DNA of 47,972 nucleotides from a virus (Duplodnaviria; Caudoviricetes), in the IMG/VR virus record IMGVR_UViG_3300027690_000149, positions 1 through 47,972 of that record. One strand, 5' to 3'. Position 1 is the first letter of the stretch, and each line of letters starts with the position of its first letter. This document shows, piece by piece, positions 16,568 to 26,095 of this stretch. The translations under genes were made by a program, and so were the position numbers. Under the pieces are notes generated by a model. That model was not told the origin of the DNA. It saw only the letters and a program-made list of their open reading frames with translations, and did not search any database.

Positions 16568-17482
16568 ATGCCTAAAGCAAGTGAAATCACTTCTATGGTA
16601 AAGAAGGAAGATGAAAGAAGGAACCACAAGCCCGATCCCCTAGCAGGAATAGTCAAGAACCTCACTTCAATCAAAGGGGAAATTGCCAACGCCCTTCCGG
16701 ATGCGGGAATAACTCCCGAAAGAATGATAAGAATAGTAGTCACTCTTCTCAGACAGAACAAGAGCCTCGCTGAAGCGGCCATGCAGAATCCCGCTTCACT
16801 GCTGGGAGCAGTCATGATGGCGGCCCAGCTTGGCCTCGATCCCACGAACGGACTAGATCAGTGCGCCCTGGTCCCAAGGAAGGGGAAAGTTTGTTTTGAC
16901 ATCATGTACGAGGGCTTAGTAGAGCTTGGTTACAGGTCAGACAGGATGGAATCCATTGTAGCGCGAACCGTCTATGAGAAAGACACCTTCAGTCTGAAGT
17001 ACGGACTCAACGAAGAGCTTGTCCACATACCATACCTAGATGGAGATCCCGGCGAGTCGAAGGGCTACTACATGGTCGGCAAGCTCAAGGGCGGCGGAAA
17101 CATCATAGTCTACATGACGAAGGACCAGGTCCACAAGATAAGGGACAGGTATTCTGTGGCCTACAAAGCTGGCCTAAGCGGCAGCAGGAAAGACAGCCCC
17201 TGGTTCACGAGTGAAGACCGGATGGGAGAGAAGACAGTCGTTAAGGCCGGGTTCAGGTGGATCCCGAAGTCTCCTATTATTAGGACGGCTCTAGCGCTGG
17301 ATGAAACCGCTAGAGAGTGGAAACCAAGTGAGCAGGAAGAACCCGATATGTCCCTGGTAGAGGCCGAGAACATCTGGGACGTCGAGGGAGAAGAAGTGAC
17401 CGAAGTAGTAGACGCTGAAGTCGTCAAGACAGGCAACGGCGACGGCAAAGCCTTGACCGGTAAGAAACCCTTAGAAGTTTGA
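16568..17482 (+). CDS. recT: RecT-family single-strand annealing protein
   Basis: SLLGAVM.AAQLGLDP, LVP, YEGLVEL.YRS, SPW...M..KTV; ATG 16568 follows AAGGAGG. Confidence 0.93.
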   Translation: MPKASEITSMVKKEDERRNHKPDPLAGIVKNLTSIKGEIANALPDAGITPERMIRIVVTLLRQNKSLAEAAMQNPASLLGAVMMAAQLGLDPTNGLDQCALVPRKGKVCFDIMYEGLVELGYRSDRMESIVARTVYEKDTFSLKYGLNEELVHIPYLDGDPGESKGYYMVGKLKGGGNIIVYMTKDQVHKIRDRYSVAYKAGLSGSRKDSPWFTSEDRMGEKTVVKAGFRWIPKSPIIRTALALDETAREWKPSEQEEPDMSLVEAENIWDVEGEEVTEVVDAEVVKTGNGDGKALTGKKPLEV

Positions 17483-17532
17483 TCTCACAGCCCACCCTTT
17501 TTCGGGGTGGGCCTTCCATTGAGGTGAATCAC

Positions 17533-18363
17533 ATGTCATACATAGATCTCGTTAATCGCTTCTGGACAATAGATTCTGAATTTAGTTTCTCCCATCTTGA
17601 AGTCCATTTATACTTCAAACTTTTGGAGATAAACAACAGACTCGGATGGAAGGAAAAATTCTCTGTTTCCAATGGGCGGTTGTGTGCTTTGATAGGTACT
17701 ACTCAAAAGAACCTCATTAAGGCGCGACAGAGATTAATTGACAAGGAAGTCATCGGATACAAGAAGGGTACCACTCGGGAAGCAGGAGTCTATTACTTTC
17801 CTTTTCATATGAAAAAGGAAACTAATTTGGAAAGTAATGTGAAAAAAGAAAGTAATTTGGAAAGTAATTTGGAAAGTAATCAGGGAAGTAATCCGGGGAA
17901 TAATCTGGGGAACATTAATAAGACTAGACTAGATAAAGACAAAGATATTATATATATACCCGCGCCCGCGATTGAAAAAATTACTCTCCTATGGAACCAA
18001 TTCCAGATCTCCAAAATTCCTGATAACCGAGAGAAAACTGAAAACTCGATTCTAGATGCCTTGAGACGACACGGTGAAGAAAACCTGCTGAGGGCTGTAA
18101 GGAACTACGCCGAGATAGTCGGCGGTAGAGAATACATTCTCAGTACTCGTTGGCAGCTTTCGACCTTCATGGAATCTCATGTTGAGAAGTTCCTGGACGA
18201 GGAAAGCGCGAAGGCTATGTACCGTATGAAAGGAGGGCCGGATGGAAGAAGCGAAAAAGACTCAAGGGACAGCTGGAAGGAACGCTTCAAGAACCCAGCA
18301 GGAACTCATACCGATGAGCGAGATCTTGAAGAGCTGCTCATTAAGTCAGAAACAGGCTCTTGA
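17533..18363 (+). CDS. Phage replication initiator protein
   Basis: N-terminal wHTH (LYFKLLEINNRLGW...ARQRLID), internal repeats, followed by a DnaC-like gene; RBS GAGGTG. Confidence 0.85.
   Translation: MSYIDLVNRFWTIDSEFSFSHLEVHLYFKLLEINNRLGWKEKFSVSNGRLCALIGTTQKNLIKARQRLIDKEVIGYKKGTTREAGVYYFPFHMKKETNLESNVKKESNLESNLESNQGSNPGNNLGNINKTRLDKDKDIIYIPAPAIEKITLLWNQFQISKIPDNREKTENSILDALRRHGEENLLRAVRNYAEIVGGREYILSTRWQLSTFMESHVEKFLDEESAKAMYRMKGGPDGRSEKDSRDSWKERFKNPAGTHTDERDLEELLIKSETGS
17811..17912 (+). repeat. Iteron array (probable phage replication origin)
   Basis: Tandem ~12-bp units (GGAAAGTAATTT and variants) inside the initiator gene, followed by an AT-rich tract; lambda-O-like arrangement. 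Confidence 0.8.
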
Positions 18364-19072
18364 AGAGTGTCGCTCGAAATGCCCTGGTCCTCAGAAGTGT
18401 GGGACCGGCGGACTGATCGAATACGTTGAGAACGGTATTATGACCAGGGTCTTCTGTCCTGTCATGGAAAGGTACCTTAGTCAGGTGAAGATCCAGCAGA
18501 AGATCATGAACGCCCTTCCGAAGAACTTCTGGGACCGCACGTTCGCGACATTTCTTCCCAGGACTCCGGATCTCAAGGCCGCTCTCTTAGCCGCGAGAAA
18601 GTACACAGGAAAGAAGGCCTGGAAGATAGGAGCAAATCTGGTCTTCCTTGGCGGCTATGGTACCGGAAAGACTCATCTGGCCGCCGCGATTGTGAGCGAT
18701 GCAATATCTGAGGGAAGCACGGCAGCCTTCGTCACTTCAACGAGTCTCACGGGGAGCATCCAGGAGATCAGCAAGAAGTTCGAAGAGCTGAAGACTATCG
18801 AGCTAGTGGCCATAGACGACGTCGCTGTAGAACAGGAGAACAAGATAGTCATGCAGAAGATGTTCGAGCTTATCAACTACAGGTACGAAGCCGAGTTAGG
18901 AACGGTCATGACATCGAATCTGAACCCGAAGGAGTTCAAAGATCTCATGGGTGAGAGGATCTGGGACCGTCTTGCCGAGAGAGTCTTCATAGCCTACATA
19001 CAGGACGCCGAGAGCTTTAGAAAGCAGAGGAGAGACGAGTACGTCGACTGGCTGAATGAAGAGGGGGAATGA
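18242..19072 (+). CDS. DnaC/IstB-like ATPase (helicase loader)
   Basis: Cys cluster; Walker A GGYGTGKT; Walker B VAIDD; TSN; RIWDRL. Confidence 0.9.
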   Translation: MEEAKKTQGTAGRNASRTQQELIPMSEILKSCSLSQKQALEECRSKCPGPQKCGTGGLIEYVENGIMTRVFCPVMERYLSQVKIQQKIMNALPKNFWDRTFATFLPRTPDLKAALLAARKYTGKKAWKIGANLVFLGGYGTGKTHLAAAIVSDAISEGSTAAFVTSTSLTGSIQEISKKFEELKTIELVAIDDVAVEQENKIVMQKMFELINYRYEAELGTVMTSNLNPKEFKDLMGERIWDRLAERVFIAYIQDAESFRKQRRDEYVDWLNEEGE

Positions 19073-19266
19073 ACATGGTTCTTGTCTGGATCTACGTCGT
19101 GGGAGTCCTCATGGCCGGCTTCCTGATTATGGTCACCGAGGAGCAGGAGAGGATATTTATCCCTCCTGAAGAGAAACTGCTTTCTTACGTAATCGGTTCG
19201 CTTCTCTGGCCGTATGTGATCATTCGGTGCCTGATCATGTGGATTAGAGGAAGGGGGCTAAAGTGA
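19069..19266 (+). CDS. Small membrane protein
   Basis: Two hydrophobic segments; ATGA coupling. Confidence 0.65.
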   Translation: MNMVLVWIYVVGVLMAGFLIMVTEEQERIFIPPEEKLLSYVIGSLLWPYVIIRCLIMWIRGRGLK

Positions 19267-19434
19267 ATGAAGAGCATCGATAGATACCTTAGAAGACAGA
19301 AAGAAAAGATAACTTCTCAAGGGAGGCAAGATAAGAAACTCCAGAAAAAGCAGGAAACAGACGCGAGAAGGGCCGACGAACTCTTCGGGCCAGAAGAGGA
19401 ACGGGAGAAGGCGCGACAAGATGACTCGGTATGA
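19267..19434 (+). CDS. Small charged hypothetical protein (55 aa)
   Basis: MKSIDRYLRRQKEK...; starts immediately after the previous stop. Confidence 0.45.
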   Translation: MKSIDRYLRRQKEKITSQGRQDKKLQKKQETDARRADELFGPEEEREKARQDDSV

Positions 19435-19511
19435 ACGCGCAGTAGTTCTGAAGAGAATAGACGGCCTCTGGAGAGAGGTATATGCGAAGAGGCTTATAAG
19501 GGAGGTAAAGA

Positions 19512-19775
19512 ATGACCAAAGCGAGACTCGAATTCATAAATTCGGTAGCTCTCAGGCATAAGCAGATCCGGGAAGGAGACAAACCGATCACTCCAGGCGA
19601 GACGAAGAATCTTGGATACATTATGGAAGGCGTCCTCTTTGAATGCATTGAGGAGATCGAAAAGATCCGGAAAGAGAACCTCAAGCTTCGGGAGACGATT
19701 GACAGCAACGGAATTATGATCCTGAAGGACAATGAGGATAAGTACCGCCTGGACACTGTCGAGGTCGATTACTGA
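19512..19775 (+). CDS. Hypothetical protein
   Basis: GGAGGT RBS; in operon. Confidence 0.65.
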   Translation: MTKARLEFINSVALRHKQIREGDKPITPGETKNLGYIMEGVLFECIEEIEKIRKENLKLRETIDSNGIMILKDNEDKYRLDTVEVDY

Positions 19776-19978
19776 TGAGCTTAACTCAGAGAGCAGTTTA
19801 CTCCTTCCTTCTCGAAAGACTTGACGAGGCCTCAGAAGACCTTGAGGTCATTGTCGAGGGCAGAAAACTCTGGCAGGCAGCCTTCAAGGCAAAGGAAAAC
19901 GCCGCACTGACATTCCCTGGCAGCGAGTGGCGGATAAAGAGGTGGATGAGGACGAATGGTAAGAAGAATATGCCCTAA
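19775..19978 (+). CDS. Hypothetical protein
   Basis: TGATG coupling to the previous gene. Confidence 0.6.
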   Translation: MSLTQRAVYSFLLERLDEASEDLEVIVEGRKLWQAAFKAKENAALTFPGSEWRIKRWMRTNGKKNMP

Positions 19979-20111
19979 TTGTGGCAAAGAACAGTTTAGC
20001 AGTGTCGAACAAGAAGACTGGACTTGCAGCAGCTGCGGAGCTGAAATACCTAAAGAACTGAACGAGGTGAAGACAGATGAAACAACTCACTCTGATCGGA
20101 ATAACAGTTAG
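19956..20111 (+). CDS. 51-aa zinc-ribbon protein
   Basis: MVRRICPNCGKEQFSSVEQEDWTCSSCGAEI...; two CxxC motifs; GAGG RBS; absent from the ORF track. Confidence 0.7.
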   Translation: MVRRICPNCGKEQFSSVEQEDWTCSSCGAEIPKELNEVKTDETTHSDRNNS

Positions 20112-20316
20112 AGACGAATTTGAGAATGAGATGCCGTACAAGGTTACATTGAAGGCCGCGATCTCTCACGGAAAGGGTTCGAGCAAACAGACCACAAACA
20201 GCGCCACTTCTCTCCAGATTCATCCAGGCCGCATAGACGAATTTGTTAGCGAGTTCAACGATCTCGTGCAGAAGTTCTCGAAGAAGGCTCTGCATGAAGA
20301 TGGGCTCGTCGAGTGA
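20077..20316 (+). CDS. Hypothetical protein
   Basis: GAGGTG RBS. Confidence 0.6.
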   Translation: MKQLTLIGITVRDEFENEMPYKVTLKAAISHGKGSSKQTTNSATSLQIHPGRIDEFVSEFNDLVQKFSKKALHEDGLVE

Positions 20317-20498
20317 GGTGGTTGAAGATGAAGTACAGAGTCATCCTTAAGAAGACAAATCAACTGGGAAAGGTTGAGGAGAAGAGACCTGTGATAGATG
20401 CCACGAGCCAGCATGAGGCAATGGAGATCGCCCTGAAGATCCCTGAAAACAGAGGCTTCTACGTATGGGGAGTGAAGGAAGATGAAAGTGAGAGTTAA
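20313..20498 (+). CDS. Hypothetical protein
   Basis: In operon; the true start is probably ATG 20328. Confidence 0.55.
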   Translation: MRWLKMKYRVILKKTNQLGKVEEKRPVIDATSQHEAMEIALKIPENRGFYVWGVKEDESES

Positions 20499-20727
20499 CC
20501 CTTCGCTGTTCAGATACCACGTCGAGAGGTCAGGAAAGACGATAACGGCAATCGGCGGCGACTGTAACTCTGCCAGAGTCCTTTTCAAGATCCTGACTGG
20601 CCGGACCAGGTTCACGACAATGAAGATGATCAGGAAATTCGCGAAGAACATGGGAATAGAGACGCATGAGCTTGTTCCCGACGAGAAAACGGAAAGGCTA
20701 ATAAGGGCGTTCGCGGAGGTGGAGTGA
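20482..20727 (+). CDS. Putative HTH protein
   Basis: XRE-like helix pattern (...IRKFAKNMGIETHELV). Confidence 0.5.
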   Translation: MKVRVNPSLFRYHVERSGKTITAIGGDCNSARVLFKILTGRTRFTTMKMIRKFAKNMGIETHELVPDEKTERLIRAFAEVE

Positions 20728-20728
20728 T

Positions 20729-20890
20729 GTGATTGTGATGGTACTGATCGCGCTGTTCATCCTTCTCATGGTAGGTTACGCACCGCTCATAATCTCAGGG
20801 AGGATCTCAGATGAAGAAGAAAGAAGAGAAAGCAAGGACGGAAACGGCAAAGGCGATCGGCATAGTTTATCCAACATACTTCGTGATTAA
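20729..20890 (+). CDS. Small single-TM protein
   Basis: Hydrophobic N-terminus followed by SGRISDEEERR; GGAGG RBS. Confidence 0.5.
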   Translation: MIVMVLIALFILLMVGYAPLIISGRISDEEERRESKDGNGKGDRHSLSNILRD

Positions 20891-21056
20891 GAGGCACGAA
20901 AGGAAGATAGACACGGAGATAGAAAAGCTCGGAAAAATGAAGACTTCAGAACCGGTCTCCAAAATGTGGCTCTATCTTCGGGGACTGAAAGAGTTTATCG
21001 AATTGTATGAGCAGCTTGAGAGTGCTAACCAGACGAAGATCCTGGAAAAGATGTGA
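20811..21056 (+). CDS. Hypothetical protein
   Basis: GGAGG RBS. Confidence 0.6.
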   Translation: MKKKEEKARTETAKAIGIVYPTYFVIKRHERKIDTEIEKLGKMKTSEPVSKMWLYLRGLKEFIELYEQLESANQTKILEKM

Positions 21057-21090
21057 GGGCTCAGGCCCTCATTCTCCTTCGGAGGGAATT

Positions 21091-21585
21091 ATGCTTCAGC
21101 ATAGATGCGAGAGATTCGTAGCCGGAACTCATTCAGAAGAGGACCTTGTGATCATACTGCGGTCGCTGCAAACAATGTGGTCGAGGATCCTTGAAAGACC
21201 AGTTGTACTTGGTCTTGAAAATGCCGAGATAATTGTTGAATCATCCTGTGGATCTCCTACCTTCCTTTCGAATATGAGCATGAAGGATGCTTTGAGAATA
21301 AAGAGGATTATTGGAATCGAAGAGAAAGAGATCTACTATCAGGCGATCAAGCTGCTGGAGCTAATGTTTAGGAAACTTACAAAGCGCCAGATGGAAGCTA
21401 TCTTCTGGCGATTGATTGACCATAGTAAGAAGGACCGAAGACCTCCGAGCAATAGGGAGCTCGCTTCCTTCCTTAACATTGACGAATCAGCGTTCAGAAG
21501 ACATTTGAGGAGAGCCTGGGAGAAACTTGGACGCGATCCAGTGTATTTGTCAAACTACGTCGCGCTAAGCCTCGAATCGGATTAG
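21091..21585 (+). CDS. Putative late-gene activator (sigma region-4-like HTH)
   Basis: LTKRQMEAIFWR...SNRELASFLNIDESAFRRHLRRAWEKL; last gene of the early operon. Confidence 0.7.
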   Translation: MLQHRCERFVAGTHSEEDLVIILRSLQTMWSRILERPVVLGLENAEIIVESSCGSPTFLSNMSMKDALRIKRIIGIEEKEIYYQAIKLLELMFRKLTKRQMEAIFWRLIDHSKKDRRPPSNRELASFLNIDESAFRRHLRRAWEKLGRDPVYLSNYVALSLESD

Positions 21586-21673
21586 GGATAAGCCATTGAA
21601 AGTGCTACACTACGATTGAGTGGCTGGATTATTTGAAAAACGCCTCAACCATTCGCCCTTTTCTTTGTAAGCG

Positions 21674-21700
21674 ATGGGCCGTATCTCGGCCCATTTTTTT
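21674..21700 (+). terminator. Rho-independent terminator
   Basis: ATGGGCCG-tatct-CGGCCCAT followed by TTTTTT. Confidence 0.85.
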
Positions 21701-22019
21701 GGTTAGGTTTCGCGAGCGCTAGCTGCTAGAAATTTTGAGTAGGTCCGCAAAAATGCTATACTAGATCTAGAATGTGAGAAGTGTAGATGCATAAAGAGAA
21801 TATATTGTGCGTATCTGTGTTGTCGTATCTTTGAATCCACGTGTGAGCGATTACTATAGATTATGGAGACGTTAGGCTGTTTCTGTTGCTCTTTGATTCT
21901 ATCAATGTATGTGAGAAATCGCGGATGGTGTTATAATATAGTTGCCTTAATATGTACTCTTTGATTATCCAAGACCTGTAGAAACGGGTCTTGTTTGTTC
22001 GTTGAAAGGGGGTGTTTTG

Positions 22020-22667
22020 ATGAGACTGGATTTTGAGAAAGCCGCAAGCGTTCTTGCTTATTTTGCAAGCAGAGAAGGTGCAGAAAAGCGGATAAACAAA
22101 CTTAAAGCCATTAAGCTGTTCTTCTTTGCTGATAGGTTTCACTTAAGGCGTTACGGAAGGCTTCTATGCGGCGGTAGGTATTTGGGAATGAATTATGGAC
22201 CAGTCAATTCACCAGTAAAGGATCTGGCAGAGCGGAGTGAATTTCTTGACATCAGGATGCTGGAGTACGCTGAGAGAGTCTTAGAAACAGCAGGACATGA
22301 CATTGTTTTCAAGAAAGAACCAGATTATGAGCAGTTCTCCAAGAGTGACATAGAAGCCATGGAGAAGGCGTGGGATATTTTTGGTAAGTTTGATGGATTT
22401 GCTCTAGCGGAGATTTCGCACGCCTATCCTGAGTGGCTGTCAATGAAGAGTATGCTGGATGTTGCGGATTCTTTTGAAATGAATCTTGAAGGGTTCTTCT
22501 GTGATCCAAGTGAAGAAGGAAGAAGACAGATTCTGGACAAATATGGTTTCGCTGATGATCCATTCAGTGAAGATCCGACACGCTTAAACGTTATGCGGGA
22601 TGCAGCTGAGGAATTTGGCCTTATTGAAAGTCGTGATTGCTTTGTCGAAGAAGAATGCAGCTACTAG
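22020..22667 (+). CDS. Panacea (DUF4065 / SocA-like) antitoxin
   Basis: KLKAIKLFFFAD, YGPV, L.EISH.YPEW; TGnTATAAT at 21929-21937. Confidence 0.9.
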   Translation: MRLDFEKAASVLAYFASREGAEKRINKLKAIKLFFFADRFHLRRYGRLLCGGRYLGMNYGPVNSPVKDLAERSEFLDIRMLEYAERVLETAGHDIVFKKEPDYEQFSKSDIEAMEKAWDIFGKFDGFALAEISHAYPEWLSMKSMLDVADSFEMNLEGFFCDPSEEGRRQILDKYGFADDPFSEDPTRLNVMRDAAEEFGLIESRDCFVEEECSY

Positions 22668-23085
22668 CTACTCGTGTAATTCCCTTGTTCAGGGTTCAGT
22701 AATACACGGCAGGATGCCTGGCTTTTCAAGTAATTCTCCACACTTTTTTGTCGTTCTTAACAAAAACTCCTATGTTTGCACTGAGTTGGTTCTAATACCA
22801 GCAACTTCACAAATAGGAAAAGTTATGGACAGATTGAATGTTACCAAACAGCACGAAGACACCGTGGTGATAGTTGATCATTCGCATTTCTCTCATTTCA
22901 GTATGCAAACCGCCCTTGACTGCAACTGGCCTTTCATAGCTGAAAAAGGGAATATTCAGTCGTTATTCAACAGTCAGCAGATGGTGTTAATCGGAGTTCT
23001 TAAGCAGGATATTGTTGCTAGACTGGTTAACGGATTCATCACAAGTGAAAAAACGGAAGCGAAGTATCAGAAGCTAGTGTTGTAG
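22600..23085 (+). CDS. Putative PemK/MazF-fold toxin
   Basis: PHFFVVL, LIPATSQ, TALDC; overlaps the Panacea gene; start uncertain (22600-22642). Confidence 0.6.
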   Translation: MQLRNLALLKVVIALSKKNAATSYSCNSLVQGSVIHGRMPGFSSNSPHFFVVLNKNSYVCTELVLIPATSQIGKVMDRLNVTKQHEDTVVIVDHSHFSHFSMQTALDCNWPFIAEKGNIQSLFNSQQMVLIGVLKQDIVARLVNGFITSEKTEAKYQKLVL

Positions 23086-23180
23086 ATTTGCTCAAGTTAG
23101 GGATTGAATTCTTGAGGAGTTGTACGTAATTTGCAAGAACTGGGTAATCATTTTTAGTGACGCATTTTCATTCATTGTAG

Positions 23181-23206
23181 AGAGGTCCTTCGGGACCTCT
23201 TTTCTT
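23181..23206 (+). terminator. Rho-independent terminator
   Basis: AGAGGTCC-TTCG-GGACCTCT followed by TTTCTT. Confidence 0.85.
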
Positions 23207-23258
23207 ATGCTGTTGCTTTACAAACCTTTACATGCCCTTACAGATAGGAGGTGATGTC

Positions 23259-23678
23259 ATGCCTAAGCCGAGCAAAATCGAACAACATGGCCTCGAGAAG
23301 GACGTGCTCGAGTGGACTAGCCAGGGTATGTCATCCAGGGATATTTCGGCGAAGATTAGTGAAGAGAAAGACATCTACATATCGCACACCTCCATCTCGT
23401 CTTTCATCAAGTCTGTAAGGGAAGAGAGGGCTGAGACTTCAAGAGCGATCGTACAGGAACACATGCAGAAGACTCTCCCGAACGACCTTCAGCTGGTAGA
23501 CGAAATGAACGGTGAGCTCTCAAAGTGGTTCAAGGACAAGTCACTATCAAAAAGGGAGAGACTGAGGATATATGACAGTCTTCTCAGGGGAATAGAAATG
23601 AAGCTGAAGAACTCCGGCGCCGGTGAGAACAGCACAGAAGACTTCCTGAAAGCTCTCAAAGAACGCTGGGGGATATGA
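23259..23678 (+). CDS. Terminase small subunit (putative)
   Basis: N-terminal HTH (MPKPSKIEQ...SSRDIS); coupled to terL; AGGAGGT RBS. Confidence 0.75.
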   Translation: MPKPSKIEQHGLEKDVLEWTSQGMSSRDISAKISEEKDIYISHTSISSFIKSVREERAETSRAIVQEHMQKTLPNDLQLVDEMNGELSKWFKDKSLSKRERLRIYDSLLRGIEMKLKNSGAGENSTEDFLKALKERWGI

Positions 23679-24922
23679 AGAAAGAGAAGTTCCTCTCTGA
23701 CATCGGGTTTGTGCCTCACAACGGTGGCCAAGAAGAGGCCTTCATGTCAGAGGCGAGATTCAAGATCTTATGCAACGGAAGGCGCTGGGGGAAGTCGTTA
23801 TACGCAGCTGTAGAAGCGATCAACTATCTTTTCAGGGAGAAGAAGAGAGTCTGGGTCGTGGGACCGACTTACGACCTTTCAAGAAAAGTCTTCAGAGAGA
23901 TCTATCGATACGTGAGGCCTAGGAGAAGAATATGGCACCCGGATGGTCACTGTACAGACTCAAAGTCCGAGATGCGGATCCTCACGAACTGGGGAACGGA
24001 GATACTCGGGAAATCCGCCGATAACCCTGATTCGCTCATTGGTGAAGGTTTGGATCTACTAATAATAGATGAAGCGGCCAGGATAAAAGAAGTCATATGG
24101 GACGAGAATCTGAGACCGACACTGACAGACAGACAGGGCAAGACGATAATCATCTCCACTCCCAAAGGCCGGAACTGGTTCTACAGGTTATGGACCAGGG
24201 GGAAAGACCCTCAATTCCCTCTATATAGGTCATGGCAACATCCCACATCGGACAACCCTCATATTGCACCGGAAGAGATTGAAGAAGCGAGAATGACGCT
24301 TCCTGACAGGGCATTCAGGCAGGAATATCTTGCAGAGTTTCTTGAAGACACCGGCGGCGTGTTTAGGAACGTGAGGAGACTTGTTCGAGGAACGCTTCGA
24401 GATCCGAAGGCAGGTGAAAGGTTCTTCATTGGCGTTGACCTTGCCAAGTACATGGACTTCACCGTAATTACCGTTCTGGACGAAAGAGGAGATCTCGTCT
24501 ACTTCGACAGGTTCAACCAGATAGACTGGAACCTTCAGAAAGAGAGGATCAGATATATAAGCAAGCGGTACCCGGGGAAGGTCGTGCTCGACAGCACAGG
24601 AGTGGGGGATCCCATATATGACGAGCTGAGAAGGGACGGCCTGAACGTAGAAGGATTCAGGTTCACGGCCTCATCGAAAGAGCAGCTTATAAACAACCTA
24701 TCAATGCTAATAGAACAGGGGAAACTCCACTATGAAGACATTCCCGAACTCATTAACGAGCTCGAGATCTTCGAGTACCAGATAACACCTTCGAGAAACC
24801 TCAAGATGAGCGCGCCCGAAGGCTACCATGACGACTGTGTCATTTCACTTGCCCTCGCTGCCTGGGGTCTACACAGTCTCTTTAGCAAGCCGGTCTTCTT
24901 CACAAGGTCAGATAAATACTGA
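23675..24922 (+). CDS. Terminase large subunit
   Basis: GRRWGKS, IIDEAA, ISTPKG, GVDLAK, HDDCVISLALA. Confidence 0.95.
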   Translation: MKKEKFLSDIGFVPHNGGQEEAFMSEARFKILCNGRRWGKSLYAAVEAINYLFREKKRVWVVGPTYDLSRKVFREIYRYVRPRRRIWHPDGHCTDSKSEMRILTNWGTEILGKSADNPDSLIGEGLDLLIIDEAARIKEVIWDENLRPTLTDRQGKTIIISTPKGRNWFYRLWTRGKDPQFPLYRSWQHPTSDNPHIAPEEIEEARMTLPDRAFRQEYLAEFLEDTGGVFRNVRRLVRGTLRDPKAGERFFIGVDLAKYMDFTVITVLDERGDLVYFDRFNQIDWNLQKERIRYISKRYPGKVVLDSTGVGDPIYDELRRDGLNVEGFRFTASSKEQLINNLSMLIEQGKLHYEDIPELINELEIFEYQITPSRNLKMSAPEGYHDDCVISLALAAWGLHSLFSKPVFFTRSDKY

Positions 24923-24929
24923 GGTGGTA

Positions 24930-26093
24930 ATGATGGGCATTTTCAATATATTCAGCAAGAAGAGCGAACCCAAGCCCGTTATGGGACAAGTGGGAATCGT
25001 AGACACTTCCTCATCTGGATCGACAGGTCAATCGCTCAACTCTCAGACGATTGCGGACATGAAAAGAGACGAGACAATAGCGGCCGGCCTTAGATTCATC
25101 TCGAGCTCGACGATTTCAAAGATAGGAAGCTACTCAAATCCTGACAGCAATGTCGCTCAGTTTGTCAGTGGTGTGATCGAAAACCTCGAGATCTCGCTCC
25201 CAACTTTCCTGAAGAAGATGCTTGAGGACATGCTCGCTTACGGTTGGGCCGGCGCCGAGATCGTCTGGCAGAGCTCTGAGGGAAAGCTATGGATAGAAAA
25301 GGTAGTGTCTTACGCGCCGAGTCAGATGTCTTTCTACCCGGAAGAGGCACCAGAATACGTGAAGCTAACGACTTCCAAAGGCGAGTTCCAGATCCCTATG
25401 TCGAAGATGTTTGTCCTTAGAAATGGCGAAGGCCTCTATGGCGAGTCGATTCTCAATACCTGCTATCGAGCCTGGGACTTCAAGAGAAAGCTGTTCAAGA
25501 TATGGGCCATCGGACTGGACAAGTATGCCCTTCCCATTATTCACGGAAAGACAGAGAACATCTCTATGGTTGACGCAAACGGGAATCCGACGACATCGGT
25601 TGAAGTGCTGAACGAGATCTTGAGCAACTTCTATTCAAAGACGGCCGTCTCGACCGACAAGAACACCGAAATAGCCTTGCTCGAGGCGAACTCGAAGAAC
25701 CTGTCCGATCAGTTCAGGGCCGCGATTGAGTATGCAAATACTCTCATTTACCGTAATCTAGGGTTACCGCAACTCCTTCTCACCAACGAATACGGAGGAG
25801 CTTACGCCCTTGGGAAGGTACATATAGACATGGTCCAGAGCTCTACACAGTCAATGGCAGAGGTGATATCCGACTCCTTTCTCGATAACGTCGTTGCCAA
25901 GCTGATTGACTACAACTTCCCCTCTGTTGAGAGTTATGGGGAGCTGGCCATCATACGGGAGCAGACACTTGAAGAGAGAAAGGCTCTGGCGGTGTTCGTT
26001 GAGACGATAGGCAGGGCCGGGATAATGGATAACCTTTCGGACGCCGACAGAAGGTGGGCAAGAGCGCTTCTTAGTATGCCTGAAGAGGAATAG
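24930..26093 (+). CDS. Portal protein (Mu gp29 / DUF935-like)
   Basis: Position after terL; YG.A.AEIVW, YGESIL, GGAYALGKVH. Confidence 0.85.
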   Translation: MMGIFNIFSKKSEPKPVMGQVGIVDTSSSGSTGQSLNSQTIADMKRDETIAAGLRFISSSTISKIGSYSNPDSNVAQFVSGVIENLEISLPTFLKKMLEDMLAYGWAGAEIVWQSSEGKLWIEKVVSYAPSQMSFYPEEAPEYVKLTTSKGEFQIPMSKMFVLRNGEGLYGESILNTCYRAWDFKRKLFKIWAIGLDKYALPIIHGKTENISMVDANGNPTTSVEVLNEILSNFYSKTAVSTDKNTEIALLEANSKNLSDQFRAAIEYANTLIYRNLGLPQLLLTNEYGGAYALGKVHIDMVQSSTQSMAEVISDSFLDNVVAKLIDYNFPSVESYGELAIIREQTLEERKALAVFVETIGRAGIMDNLSDADRRWARALLSMPEEE

Positions 26094-26095
26094 CC

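Noticed and set aside
17811-17912. Repeat array as a possible CRISPR
   Set aside because: Units are tandem, 12 bp, spacer-less and in frame within the initiator gene; no cas genes.
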